This document shows, piece by piece, positions 1 through 12,510 of a DNA stretch of 64,000 nucleotides. The stretch comes from Convolutriloba macropyga (taxonomy: Eukaryota). Made by a program: the position numbers and the translations under genes. Each line of letters begins with the position of its first letter. Positions within the stretch are counted from its first letter, which is position 1. The DNA lies in contig NC_134482.1 of the NCBI RefSeq assembly GCF_964194025.1, positions 46,562,001 through 46,626,000 of the forward strand, in the 5' to 3' direction. Below the pieces are notes generated by a model. The model saw only the letters and a list, made by a program, of their open reading frames with translations. It searched no databases and was not told the origin of the DNA.

Positions 1-2963
1 CTCTGTCGCCCAGAAGATCGACCAAATAAAATAAACCAAAGGTTTTGAATTGGTGAAGCAAGCGTTACTTTGTTACTCTGCGATTTCCCCTCTTCCACTC
101 TTGTAAGCTGTTGCAAATTAGATTGCCTTGAAATAAGTTAATTCACAATGGGGCTCGTAATATCAATTTTAGTTATATGGATAACGAATGTAAGACAATT
201 GCTTGTACATCAATGGAAAAGACAAATTCAAGACAATTTATAATAGTAATTAAAGTAATATTAACAATATCCGTGGTTCACTTCCCAAATGAACTAAATC
301 AAAACGCTCACAGTATCCCAACTGGTCTTGCAATTACAAATCTTTCAAAGTTTAGTCTCAGTCTAAATCTCTTCCCTGCTTTTCAAACTATCTCTAAAAG
401 TTTAGTCCCACTAAACCAACTACTTTCTCTCGCTTGTGCGAATCCAAACTTCTGAAGTTCTCCCAGAATCTCCAAAGTCTGCCTCTCTCTCTGTGCCAAA
501 ATTTCTCTGTGTCACTTCAATTTATACTCAACCAATACGCTCTTATCTTAAGCAAACAAACTTTAATCTCTTAAGTAAACAATGCAACTTACACTTAAAT
601 TTGTCACATTCTGTGGGAGGGCTTTGTTTGCTATGCAAACAACCAATATCAAACTATGCTCTGTCATTCAACTGCTACCAACCATTGTTGAACATTCTCC
701 TTATCTTAAGTACACGACCTTTGGACTCTTATGTAAACAAATCCACTCCACTTTATCTCATCTTAATTAAATACACTCTTGGAACTTAAGTAAACACCGA
801 AAGTCATTCTGACAGATTGATACATCCGCAGGAGGAGTTCCCTTTACTGAACAAACAGATTAACGTCAAAGTCCGCGGTCCTTATCGCTCTTATTTGCGC
901 ACACAAATTTGGCGCCAAGTCAATTTTGTCGCTTTTGTGATTCAGAGACTATTGGTCTCCATGGGTAAATATATCGCTAATTCATGCTTGCTAAAGCTAA
1001 GATAATGGATTGGTATGCTTTTCCCAGCATTCCGTGCAATTCCCCGTACAAAAAATAGTCAGAAACCAAAATTTCCGAAAAACCCAAAAATTTGAACTCC
1101 AGAGGTCAATTAGAGGTCAATAGTCGAAGATGAAGGGTCAACTTGGTAAAAATAACTATTGGCGCGGAAAGTCCTTCCATAGTTACACCTACCCACCAAT
1201 TTTTATGACCTAACTCCTAATAGAACACGAGCAGTGACCGCGCACACTTTTCATCGACCTCCCGGATGACCCCAAATTTCCAAACTTAATAACTTGCGAA
1301 GTAGTGGTCAAAACGTCTTCGGGTAAAGTTTTATAGTAACTATAGGGTGCCACCAACTTGCCTGCCAAGTTTCATGACCAACGGATCAGCCGTTGCGAGT
1401 CGTTTGCAATTTAAAAATTTTTAACGAGTCGTGGGTGCCGAAACCCGAAAAATCGGAGTTCGTCAAAATTGACCGGGGTGGTTATTTTTTGTCACTAACT
1501 GTCTCAGTTTATCATATTAAAACTATTTCAAAGTCATTCGGCCGCTCAAAAAGGCCAATTTCCGGTTTTCGGCACTCGGGTCGTCCCGAAGCACCGACTT
1601 CCGGTCGGAATCTGGGATTGAAAATATCACCAATCGAAAGCCCTTGAAAAGTTACACTAACCCTCCAAAAATCATAGGGCTACTACCAATACTCCACGAG
1701 CAATTCAAATTTTACGTTCCGCAGCACGGGCGTGCGCTAGTTCCGTGCAGGTTGGTGTAGGGTCAAAGCTGACCTCAAAATCGGATTCACCGTACCCAAA
1801 TTAGTCTATCCCCCAATTTTCAGGTCAATCCGACTTCAACTTTTCGAGAAAATACTATTTCAGTTTAGGTGCTAACTACATTCCTGTGATAATTACCAAT
1901 ATACTTGAAAATGGCCATTTTATATCCTAAACCCTTCCCAAGATCATGCAAAAACATTAATTCATACGTGCAGGACATTAAAACTGATTAATCGCCTTAT
2001 TTCTGACTGAAACATTCATATTTCACAGTAAAATACCTAAAAACCTTCAAATCACACTACTTCCGGTGTTAATAGCTGGAGGGTGGGTGGTCGGATTCGC
2101 CTGAAAATTATTCTCGCAATATAGGACCACTAGGGGTACCTTCCCATCATTGACCGTTTATTACCCCATAACTCCTTCCCATCCTGGGAGGGGTCGGACA
2201 ACTTTTTATCGGTGGGTATTTGGAAAACTGATAAATTGCCTTTTTATTTACTTTAAGTCAACAAAACTCTAATAAATTTCTTCCACAACTTTCTAAGCCA
2301 TTCCCATGATTATCCAATATCTTACTGCACCAGTACATGTTAGTACGCCTGGTTTCTACCGTTATTTCATCCATAAACAATCGAAATTTCTACTTAAAAT
2401 ATCAAAAGAAACTTCGAATAACAACTATTCCCGTGCTAATAACTTAGATCAAAAAAAGTATAACCGGCCGCGCATCCCTATTATATATGCACAATCATTA
2501 GGGGAACATCCCCACAAAATTTCAGATTCCAATGACGATTATAATTTAAGGAGTTGAGTGTACCAAGTTTGGAGTTGCCAATTATTTTGTAAATTTGAAA
2601 TCACACTTTAATTTGGTTCAAATTGAAACTCCAATTCTGTTCAAAGTATCTAGTTCACTTTTAATCTTCGCTCTCTAGTTCTTTTCTAAATTCAAGTCAC
2701 TCATTTCGACTTTGGCCTGATGCAGAAATTCAACTTTGCTAATTAATCAAAATAGATTGACAACTCAATATGCTTTTGTTCATCAATTTGTTTGTTTAAG
2801 ATATATCACTCAACTCCCCTCTCTGGCGCCTTCGAAACAATAACCCTTCAAGAAAGAACGCTTATTTCAAACACCTTAACTTGTCAAAGTTGACCTAAAT
2901 TATTTAACTTAATTAGCGCTATCTGGTTATGAAATTTCTATTCTTATTCTTATGCTTTCTACA
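1..2963 (-). repeat. 3' LTR (about 41 bp lie left of the window)
   Basis: Near-identical to 5326-8288 (about 14 substitutions counted by eye). Identity ends exactly at ...TTTCTACA next to the PPT. Confidence 0.9.
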
Positions 2964-2975
2964 CTCCTCCCTCCT
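2964..2975 (-). promoter_or_regulatory. Polypurine tract
   Basis: Minus strand AGGAGGGAGGAG directly precedes the TGT that starts the 3' LTR. Confidence 0.8.
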
Positions 2976-3447
2976 AGATTATTATTCTCCCGAATAATTG
3001 CAAAACCTTATCCTGTGAGACCATTAATATACTCCTACGTACTTTAGTAATAGTCGACCTAGTGAAGTGAACCACTTAGCTTTAGCTCCGGGTTATTATC
3101 AACTAACTGCACTAAAATTTGAATAGCGGTTGACTAAATCAGATTCGGAAACACTTTCGTATTTTCACATTTTAACATATTCTACCTAATTCATCAAAAT
3201 TGATTTTTGATCAAACTCTATTGCTTCTGACAAACATCCTTCCCGGGAACCCCAAAATCACTAAAGTATCAAATCTAAAAATAGATCTACCAAATCAACA
3301 CATTTCCCTATATCATCTTTTTTTTTAAAAAAAATTCTCCACGGCTATAGTGCTTGATCAAATTATCCTAATAAATTAGATTAAAACAATGTAGGCAACA
3401 ATTGGGATAAAAAAACTTGAATAACTTAGCTGTCAACGTCCCTCTAA

Positions 3448-5133
3448 TCATACACACGTGCATCTGTTCATGAAAACCTTCTTCCTCTGATGCTTGAATG
3501 GATGTCCAACTCTTCTTCCACTGTAGCTGCAATTTCTCCTGTGATCCTGCCATGACTGCGGTCCTGATGCTTCCAAACGGCTCCACCTCTCTTTCCGGCT
3601 TAACGAGCGATTCACCAGCAACAGTTTTGCAATCTCCGGAAACCGCGATGCAATCCTCTCCACTTTTTGATCAACTTCCATCGAGAACCCTCTAGAGTCC
3701 TCCCTCCTAGGCTGTTGATCATCATGAACCCAATCGCTCAACCCTGTAGCCATTGACTTCTGATAGTATTGCCCTGTTCTGTCAGCTCCAGCACTGTCCC
3801 CTTGATGCTCATCCATTGGTTTGACCGAAACACTACTATTAAGCTGAATTTCATTCAATTGCGATTGCACCCATTCCTCCAGCTCTTTTCCCAACTGTGC
3901 AAAATCACTCCGGTCTTCAGCTGCCTTATCGTTTTGAACCTTCTGCCTTACCGTTTCATATACCAACTGCCCATCAGTTCCTCCAGAACTTGTCCAATTC
4001 TCCAAAGTGTCCACAGTGCACTCAGTTGTACACATCTGTGTCTCATTCTCCCCGTTTGTTACATTGCAGAACTTCTGGTGTGACCCTCCTGTCTTTAGCT
4101 CCATCAAGGCCCAGGCTCCTAACATATCGTTTCCGCTAGCTTTGACACCACCGCCAAAACAGCTTTCTATTGTATTTACATTATCGCATGCTACTAAGTC
4201 CAAACTCGCAGCAAAACTTGTCTCACTTCTCGCTTCGTTGTCATCAAATTCCTCGACATCCGAAAAATCTGTATCCGAAGCATCTTCAGACAAATAGTCA
4301 TCATCCGACTGTTCATAGCTCAGCTCCTCAGACTCTGGTGACAGTACATAGCTCTTTTCCATAGCATGATGCTCATCTGGTCCACAAGATTCAACTCTCC
4401 GCTCAATGACTTTTTCTTCTGTCGGAAGTTCTCCGTTGCCACTGTTTTCATATTCTCTCACCGCTGCTCTACTAGTTTCCTGGTTTACTTGACCACAAAT
4501 TTCCTCCGTAATCTCGACCTCAGTTCCATTTTGCACTTCAACGCCGCAATCTGGAATTCTTATTCCACTACCACTCTCAACAAATCTCGTATCTTCAACT
4601 TCTCCGAACAAATCTTCACTAAAGGCTTCTTTTCTTGAGACACCACAGCTGGACCCAATGCCAAACCCTTCAGAACTTTTGCCGGGCGGCCGAAATGCAT
4701 CCATTAAAGGAATGTCAACTCTGCTTCTCGTATCAATCACCTGCCTTTGAGAGCAGTGCTGTCGAGTTCTCTGATCTGCAGTATCACTGGTTTCAATGAA
4801 TTCTGCCCTATTTCCCGCTTTCCCTCTAACGAACATATTATAGCTTCGCTCATAAAAAAGTGGATTGTCGGACAATCGTATGTCAAACTGATACAACGTC
4901 TCTGTCAGTGTCCATGCTTGCTTCCCTGGAGTCGACCGCCAATAAACTCTGGGTAAATCACTTACTGCATTCAAGGCCCACCCACACAATTTTGTAGGCA
5001 ACCACTTCATCATATCTTCCTCTGTCCATCCCAGCTTCATGCCAGTGCTCAAATAATGTTCACGCCAATCTTCCCAAATTTCGTAGCCTGGTGAAGGAAA
5101 ACGCTTCACCAACTGATAACAAAACATAATCAA
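3448..5133 (-). CDS. gag: Gag-like protein: N-terminal capsid-like helical region, long acidic region, basic C-terminus
   Basis: 561-aa ORF just downstream of the PBS. N-terminal WEDWREHY..GWTEEDMMKWLPTKLCGWAL resembles Ty3/gypsy Gag CA. No protease, RT or integrase motifs seen. Confidence 0.65.
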   Translation of the reverse strand: MIMFCYQLVKRFPSPGYEIWEDWREHYLSTGMKLGWTEEDMMKWLPTKLCGWALNAVSDLPRVYWRSTPGKQAWTLTETLYQFDIRLSDNPLFYERSYNMFVRGKAGNRAEFIETSDTADQRTRQHCSQRQVIDTRSRVDIPLMDAFRPPGKSSEGFGIGSSCGVSRKEAFSEDLFGEVEDTRFVESGSGIRIPDCGVEVQNGTEVEITEEICGQVNQETSRAAVREYENSGNGELPTEEKVIERRVESCGPDEHHAMEKSYVLSPESEELSYEQSDDDYLSEDASDTDFSDVEEFDDNEARSETSFAASLDLVACDNVNTIESCFGGGVKASGNDMLGAWALMELKTGGSHQKFCNVTNGENETQMCTTECTVDTLENWTSSGGTDGQLVYETVRQKVQNDKAAEDRSDFAQLGKELEEWVQSQLNEIQLNSSVSVKPMDEHQGDSAGADRTGQYYQKSMATGLSDWVHDDQQPRREDSRGFSMEVDQKVERIASRFPEIAKLLLVNRSLSRKERWSRLEASGPQSWQDHRRNCSYSGRRVGHPFKHQRKKVFMNRCTCV

Positions 5134-5265
5134 ACTTTTAGTAACCCAAGTACAAAATGAAAGTCAGCCTTCGGTCTGCTCTCAGCAGTTTCTCCGACGA
5201 GAAATATTAAACGCTCTCCAACTAATTGGAAATTAAATCACAGCAAAAGGTAACAAAGAATCGAA

Positions 5266-5283
5266 GCCCACCCAGGAGCGCCA
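5266..5283 (-). promoter_or_regulatory. Primer-binding site complementary to the tRNA-Asn 3' end
   Basis: Minus strand TGGCGCTCCTGGGTGGGC starts 1 nt after the LTR-terminal ACA. The plus strand GCCCACCCAGGAGCGCCA closely resembles animal tRNA-Asn(GTT) 3' ends plus CCA. Confidence 0.8.
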
Positions 5284-5284
5284 C

Positions 5285-8200
5285 TGTCGTCTTCTGAATT
5301 TCTGCTAGGCTCAACAGTGAGGGGACTCTGTCGCCCAGAAGATCGATCAAATAAAATAAACCAAAGGTTTTGAATTGGTGAAGCAAGCGTTACTTTGTTA
5401 CTCTGCGATTTCCCCTCTTCCACTCTTGTAAGCTGTTGCAAATTAGATTGCCTTGAAATAAGTTAATTCACAATGGGGCTCGTAATATCAATTCTAGTTA
5501 TATGGATAACGAATGTAAGACAATTACTTGTACATCAATGGAAAAGACAAATTCAAGACAATTTATAATAGTAATTAAAGTAATATTAACAATATCCGTG
5601 GTTCACTTCCCAAATGAACTAAATCAAAACGCTCACAGTATCCCAACTGGTCTTGCAATTACAAATCTTTCAAAGTTTAGTCTCAGTCTAAATCTCTTCC
5701 CTGCTTTTCAAACTATCTCTAAAAGTTTAGTCCCCCTAAACCAACTACTTTCTCTCGCTTGTGCGAATCCAAACTTCTGAAGTTCTCCCAGAATCTCCAA
5801 AGTCTGCCTCTCTCTCTGTGCCAAAATTTCTCTGTGTCACTTCAATTTATACTCAACCAATACGCTCTTATCTTAAGCAAACAAACTTTAATCTCTTAAG
5901 TAAACAATGCAACTTACACTTAAATTTGTCACATTCTGTGGGAGGGCTTTGTTTGCTATGCAAACAACCAATATCAAACTATGCTCTGTCATTCAACTGC
6001 TACCAACCATTGTTGAACATTCTCCTTATCTTAAGTACACGACCTTTGGACTCTTATGTAAACAAATCCACTCCACTTTATCTCATCTTAATTAAATACA
6101 CTCTTGGAACTTAAGTAAACACCAAAAGTCATTCTGACAGATTGATACATCCGCAGGAGGAGTTCCCTTTACTGAACAAACAGATTAACGTCAAAGTCCG
6201 CGGTCCTTATCGCTCTTATTTGCGCACACAAATTTGGCGCCAAGTCAATTTTGTCGCTTTTGTGATTCAGAGACTATTGGTCTCCATGGGTAAATATATC
6301 GCTAATTCATGCTTGCTAAAGCTAAGATAATGGATTGGTATGCTTTTCCCAGCATTCCGTGCAATTCCCCGTACAAAAAATAGTCAGAAACCAAAATTTC
6401 CGAAAAACCCAAAAATTTGAACTCCAGAGGTCAATTAGAGGTCAATAGTCGAAGATGAAGGGTCAACTTGGTAAAAATAACTATTGGCGCGGAAAGTCCT
6501 TCCATAGTTACACCTACCCACCAATTTTTATGACCTAACTCCTAATAGAACACGAGCAGTGACCGCGCACACTTTTCATCGACCTCCCGGATGACCACAA
6601 ATTTCCAAACTTAATAACTTGCGAAGTAGTGGTCAAAACGTCTTCGGGTAAAGTTTTATAGTAACTATAGGGTGCCACCAACTTGCCTGCCAAGTTTCAT
6701 GACCAACGGATCAGCCGTTGCGAGTCGTTTGCAATTTAAAAATTTTTAACGAGTCGTGGGTGCCGAAACCCGAAAAATCCGAGTTCGTCAAAATTGACCG
6801 GGGTGGTTATTTTTTGTCACTAACTGTCTCAGTTTATCATATTAAAACTATTTCAAAGTCATTCGGCCGCTCAAAAAGGCCAATTTCCGGTTTTCGGCAC
6901 TCGGGTCGTCCCGAAGCACCGACTTCCGGTCGGAATCTGGGATTGAAAATATCACCAATCGAAAGCCCTTGAAAAGTTACACTAACCCTCCAAAAATCAT
7001 AGGGCTACTACCAATACTCCACGAGCAATTCAAATTTTACGTTCCGCAGCACGGGCGTGCGCTAGTTCCGTGCAGGTTGGTGTAGGGTCAAAGCTGACCT
7101 CAAAATCGGATTCCCCGTACCCAAATTAGTCTATCCCCCAATTTTCAGGTCAATACGACTTCAACTTTTCGAGAAAATACTATTTCAGTTTAGGTGCTAA
7201 CTACATTCCTGTGATAATTACCAATATACTTGAAAATCGCCATTTTATATCCTAAACCCTTCCCAAGATCATGCAAAAACATTAATTCATACGTGCAGGA
7301 CATTAAAACTGATTAATCGCCTTATTTCTGACTGAAACATTCATATTTCACAGTAAAATACCTAAAAACCTTCAAATCACACTACTTCTGGTGTTAATAG
7401 CTGGAGGGTGGGTCGTCGGATTCGCCTGAAAATTATTCTCGCAATATAGGACCACTAGGGGTACCTTCCCATCATTGACCGTTTATTACCCCATAACTCC
7501 TTCCCATCCTTGGAGGGGTCGGACAACTTTTTATCGGTGGGTATTTGGAAAACTGATAAATTGCCTTTTTATTTACTTTAAGTCAACAAAACTCTAATAA
7601 ATTTCTTCCACAACTTTCTAAGCCATTCCCATGATTATCCAATATCTTACTGCACCAGTACATGTTAGTACGCCTGGTTTCTACCGTTATTTCATCCATA
7701 AACAATCGAAATTTCTACTTAAAATATCAAAAGAAACTTCGAATAACAACTATTCCCGTGCTAATAACTTAGATCAAAAAAAGTATAACCGGCCGCGCAT
7801 CCCTATTATATATGCACAATCATTAGGGGAACATCCCCACAAAATTTCAGATTCCAATGACGATTATAATTTAAGGAGTTGAGTGTACCAAGTTTGGAGT
7901 TGCCAATTATTTTGTAAATTTGAAATCACACTTTAATTTGGTTCAAATTGAAACTCCAATTCTGTTCAAAGTATCTAGTTCACTTTTAATCTTCGCTCTC
8001 TAGTTCTTTTCTAAATTCAAGTCACTCATTTCGACTTTGGCCTGATGCAAAAATTCAACTTTGCTAATTAATCAAAATAGATTGACAACTCAATATGCTT
8101 TTGTTCATCAATTTGTTTGTTTAAGATATATCACTCAACTCCCCTCTCTGGCGCCTTCGAAACAATAACCCTTCAAGAAAGAACGCTTATTTCAAACACC

Positions 8201-8288
8201 TTAACTTGTCAAAGTTGACCTAAATTATTTAACTTAATTAGCGCTATCTGGTTATGAAATTTCTATTCTTATTCTTATGCTTTCTACA
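5285..8288 (-). repeat. 5' LTR, 3004 bp
   Basis: TGTCG...CTACA termini; abuts the PBS; matches the copy at 1-2963. Confidence 0.9.
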
Positions 8289-9439
8289 TTGGTGATCTCA
8301 AATATTGACCACAGCAGAAACAAAAAACGCAGTATTTCAAAAGCTTTCTCTGGTCTCTTAAGCTTATCAATTATGTTAATTATGGCTACACTAAGGAGAT
8401 TGTCAATACCTAAACCAGGATAGTTTTTCTGTGCAGATCATCAATATTAGGACTCCATAAAATAAAGATGTGACAACACTCACTGACTACTATATTGTTC
8501 AAATTGTTTTGAGACATATCACACAGTTATCTGAAAACTGAAAAAAAAACTTCATAGAACTTTATCGGTACTTAAAAACATCTACTGCGACATCTACTGC
8601 GATATTAAAATTGCGACATCAATTGAAATACAATATGTCGCAGATTGAGTCTAAGGACTGTGAGCTGGCCGCTGAAAGATTCCAGACAAAAATAACCGAA
8701 TAAACACCAAAATATGTTGATAAACACGATGAAAAAAATAAATAAAATATGGCTAGATAACAACTTATTAACTAAACAGTGAGAATTATATGCTGTATCA
8801 AAACAACATTCAATAATTAAATCTCAGGAATTACTGGGGAAGCAATTGAAAGGAGACAAATGCACTGTTCATAGATCTAAAGAAAACGCTTTGACGCCGT
8901 CAAAGAGATCATAATATTAAGGAAACTGCAGTTTGAAATGTCACAAGAAATTGTTAAAAAATATTTCTGACTGGTCATCGACCATTTCTTAGTTCTGACT
9001 GTCCATATTGCAGTTTTGATCAGTAGAGTACAGTGTGCAACATGGGTCAGTGCTAGCTTTACTTCTTTTTCTACATACTTAAAATTATCAGAGACTTACG
9101 TACCATGGCAACATTGATTGCCTATGACACCAATACTGAATCGGAATGCAGATACAAACAATGGCGACTTGACTTTTTCCTTAGAGTCAACAAAAAAATA
9201 CCCTGTTGACAGTAGATTTATAATACCCTGTAGACAAAAAAATGCATTTCCTGAACCCAAAGGCTTGCGATTGAAGCTCGCAGCATCAATTGTAAACATT
9301 AAATTTTGCAATGTCAATAAAAGAAATTTCATAACTCAAAAAAAAATGTAAACTATCTTTGCACTAAAATAGAGAGAAGAGTTAACTTTAGCGGTCACAT
9401 TACAGTTCATTAAAAGAAAATTAAGTGAAAACCTTTGCT

Positions 9440-9605
9440 GGATCAATTCTGTTTCGCCCCCCCCCCCAGTGATTTTTATGACATCCAGTTGCAAATAATA
9501 TGTTGTTATATAGCACGTTACTATGTCAGAAAATAGCACGTGCGTATAGGGGATAATAAAAGATTTACACCCACTAAACTGGGGGTGCCGAAACAGAGTA
9601 TATCC
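9440..9605. mobile_element. Merlin-type MITE (GGATCWATTCTGTTTCGCCCC TIR subfamily)
   Basis: Degenerate TIRs; body similar to 15637-15796. Confidence 0.6.
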
Positions 9606-10515
9606 ACTTTGTGGTATCATTTATTGACTCAAATCAGGCGAACAACCAAGATTCTAACAATGCACGAAACTTACATGCAACCCAATTTTAAATAGAGTTT
9701 CTTAGAAAGAGGTACCAGCATCAACATAACGCTAAAACTTCTTTGAGTGCTTTACTTATGACTAAAACAATCCGAGTGAAGTTTTATTTCTTTAAGCAAT
9801 TGTACTCAATCTCAGTACAACGAGAATAACAAAATTGTACTCAAGTTGACAAAAACTCTTAGTTAATTTAAAAAAACTCAAATGAAAATACTTAGAAGAA
9901 ATAAGAAGTCAAATTTTATGACGGTTAACAAATTAAAAAAAAAGTGGAAACATTGCGATCACAAGGAACAAAACTACCTCATCTGAAAATAACCAACAGA
10001 ATTTTTTATTATATTTTTACGCGGACTAGATCTTCTATGTTCCTTAGTACTGCTAACTGGTATTATTCGACTCGGACCGTACAGACCTTTTGATGACCTA
10101 GGAAGTGTCTTTTTTTTCTGCCGTATTTATATCTTGGTTAATTACAGTTTCGCTCACAATCTATTTGGAAACAATTCATTTTAGAGTGAGCTTATGACTT
10201 TGACAACCCCAAGCACATGTGCTCTTTTTCTATAGTAAATTGCTATATAACAACAAAAGTATTCTAATTGAATTTCATAAAGAGTACTGAAAGACAAGCA
10301 GAATAGAAACAATTAATGTTTTGATTGAGGTTTTGCAAAGTTTCACGGCAATTGCAGGTTTTGCGAAGTTACGCCCATATATGACTTCTACAAATTTGAT
10401 AATAAGGAATACATATTAGGCAGTTTGTCCAATTTACCGTAAAACTAATTGTACAGACACCACTTGTCCAAGAACACAAACCGCAAACAGGGACAGCGTT
10501 TTTGTATCAAAATTT

Positions 10516-11170
10516 GGATCTTTTCCGTTTGTGCCACACGTAATTTGCCCCCCTCCAGTTACAAAGCACGTATCATTGCATGGTCAATTCTTATGTTAAA
10601 ATATGGTACGTGCGTCTGGGGGTGCAAATAATATGTACTAACTTAGCTGGGGGTAACATACGGAAAAGGTTTGAACGCTGGGGTGCAACTTGACGCATTT
10701 CAAACATATGGTTCTCGGAGTAAAAACCGAACAGAAAAACCAGATCTATCGCGACTATCACGCATCAGGGCACTGAGAATCGACCTCATCAAACGTTTAT
10801 ATGCCAACGAAAAAGGTACAATTGATAACTGAATTGATTTGGGATCTATTCCATTTGTGCCTCCCCCCAGCACGTTTTACTCCCCCTAGTAACCGGGCAC
10901 GCGTCATTACAAAGTAAATCCTTATAAAAAATCATGGCACGGGCGTTTTTGGGGGTGCAAAAAATATGCGCCCACTAAGCTGGGGGGGGGGGGTGCACAA
11001 ACGGAAAAGATCCCTTTTCCGTTTGTCCCCCCTCCCAGCTTAGTTGGCTCATATTATCTGCAAACCCTAGACGCACGTGCCATATTTTTACATAATGATT
11101 TACTGTGAAATTGCACGTGCTCTGTAACTGGGGGAGCATAACGTACTGGGGGCACAAACGGAAAAGATCC
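10516..11170. mobile_element. Three Merlin-type MITE copies (10516-10672, 10842-11013, 11014-11170)
   Basis: TIR GGATCTTTTCCGTTTGTGCCCC and a shared ~170-bp body. The last two copies are fused tail-to-tail. Confidence 0.75.
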
Positions 11171-11218
11171 TTTGTCTCAAACAGAAATCTCTTCTGTTTC
11201 TCGCTCATTGGTTTTTTC

Positions 11219-11346
11219 AGGTCTTTCCCATTATAGCCTCCCCAACATGAAATTATATCCCCCTTTATGGTATATTTACCATGATTGGGGGGCTATAGGT
11301 TATCTGTCAACTAAGCTGGGGGGGGGGGCTATAATGGGAAAGACCC
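11219..11346. mobile_element. 128-bp Merlin MITE
   Basis: TIR (G)GGTCTTTCCCATTATAGCC; exact 8-bp TSD GTTTTTTC. Confidence 0.8.
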
Positions 11347-11611
11347 GTTTTTTCTTTACCATCACTAACAGATTATTAATTGTGATGTTGGTCATTACTG
11401 TTTAGACAAACTAGCACGTGCGACTGGGGAATTAAAAATGTATTTTATTTTGTCCCTCAGTGTTTTATTACAATTTTTAATTACACTTTTTGTGTTGTTA
11501 TATGGCAAATTAGAGATTAAAAAAGAGCAAATACACCCAGGGGCTTAAAAGTTATATGCTTACTAAGCGGGGGGGGGGGGGGGCAGGGAGGTGACATTTT
11601 TTAAAAATATA

Positions 11612-12077
11612 GGGTCTTTCCCATTATAGCCCCCCCCCCCAGAAAATTATAGCCCCCCAAAAATCAAGTGAAAGCATACAATTAAATTCATCATTTATGC
11701 TTACAATTGTTGGTTACAAGTTTTTGTTTTGTTCCAGTATCGAATGCTGGAATTTTCCAATCGCCGTCATTATTTCATGGAACGGGTCCAGGTTTTTTCG
11801 AGAAACATGCTTTCTGAACAGGAACTCCGCAAGATACGAATCAACCAGATACGAAGTCAACTAAAATCAATTATAATGGGCAAGCCCATGTCATCATCCG
11901 GCGGCTCGCCTACAATGATTTCTGATTTGTGTTAAAGAAGTGGTTATAAATTTCAGTGGCTCGCCTACATCGATTTCCGATTTTGTGTTAAAGAGGTGGT
12001 TATAAATTTTCATCTGGGGGGGGCTATAGGTTACATGCCCACTAAGCTGGGGGGGGGGGCTATAATGGGAAAGACCC
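11612..12077 (-). mobile_element. Internally deleted Merlin (IS1595/ISXO2-like) DNA transposon
   Basis: TIR GGGTCTTTCCCATTATAGCCCCC; exact 8-bp TSD AAAATATA; transposase remnant inside. Confidence 0.85.
11714..11857 (-). pseudogene. Merlin transposase C-terminal remnant
   Basis: Hand translation TSYLVDSYLAEFLFRKHVSRKNLDPFHEIMTAIGKF... fits the (L)DSYLxEFxxR...DPF motif of Merlin/ISXO2 transposases. Confidence 0.75.
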
Positions 12078-12154
12078 AAAATATATTAACGTGCTATAAA
12101 ACAGCAATAATTTGTAACTGGGGAGCATAAAAACACTGGGGATTTTCGAAAAAG

Positions 12155-12352
12155 ATCTTTTCCGTTTGTGCCCCCCCAGCTTGGTGGGCGCATATTATTT
12201 GCCCCCCCCAGCGCATGTGCCATATTTTTACATGAAGCTTTACTATGTAATGGCCGTGCTCTGTAACTGGGGGGCGCATAACGTACTGAAAGGGGGGGGG
12301 GGGGGAGGGGGGAGGGGGAGGGGGAGGGAGGGGGAACAAACGGAAAAGATCC
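12155..12352. mobile_element. Merlin-type MITE
   Basis: Family TIRs (left-terminal GG lost); 8-bp TSD CGAAAAAG. Confidence 0.75.
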
Positions 12353-12381
12353 CGAAAAAGAATAAATCTAAAGTATTTAAC

Positions 12382-12510
12382 CTGGAACGCAGTGGGCAGC
12401 AGTTAGGACGTGATTCTGCGAAATGATTGCTCCCCCACAGTAACCAATATTGTTAAGGGATACATAGAAAGGCCTATGGGGTGCCGCGTAGCCATTTACG
12501 ATTGCTCTTT
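12382..12510 (-). CDS. Exon of a trypsin/chymotrypsin-like (S1) serine protease: activation region to catalytic His
   Basis: RAIVNGYAAPHRPFYVSLNNIGYCGGAIISQNHVLTAAHCVP. Acceptor tttttgacag, donor GT, 129 bp, phase 1-1. Confidence 0.85.

Larger units (their letters stand above)
1..8288 (-). mobile_element. Non-autonomous Ty3/gypsy-like LTR retrotransposon (gag-only, ~3-kb LTRs); 3' LTR cut by the window start
   Basis: 1-2963 repeats at 5326-8288 (offset 5325). The complete copy 5285-8288 has TGT...ACA ends. PBS at 5266-5283, PPT at 2964-2975, and a single internal ORF. Confidence 0.9.

Noticed and set aside
177-2557. Short ORFs duplicated at 5502-7882
   Set aside because: They lie within the LTRs, have no motifs, and are identical only because the LTRs are young.
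1-8288. Simple 5.3-kb tandem duplication or misassembly
   Set aside because: The repeat ends coincide exactly with TGT/ACA, PBS and PPT, which defines paired LTRs.
9096-9332. Possible downstream protease exon (..GNQCCHG followed by GT)
   Set aside because: It has plausible splice sites but no convincing S1 similarity, and no GDSGG exon follows.
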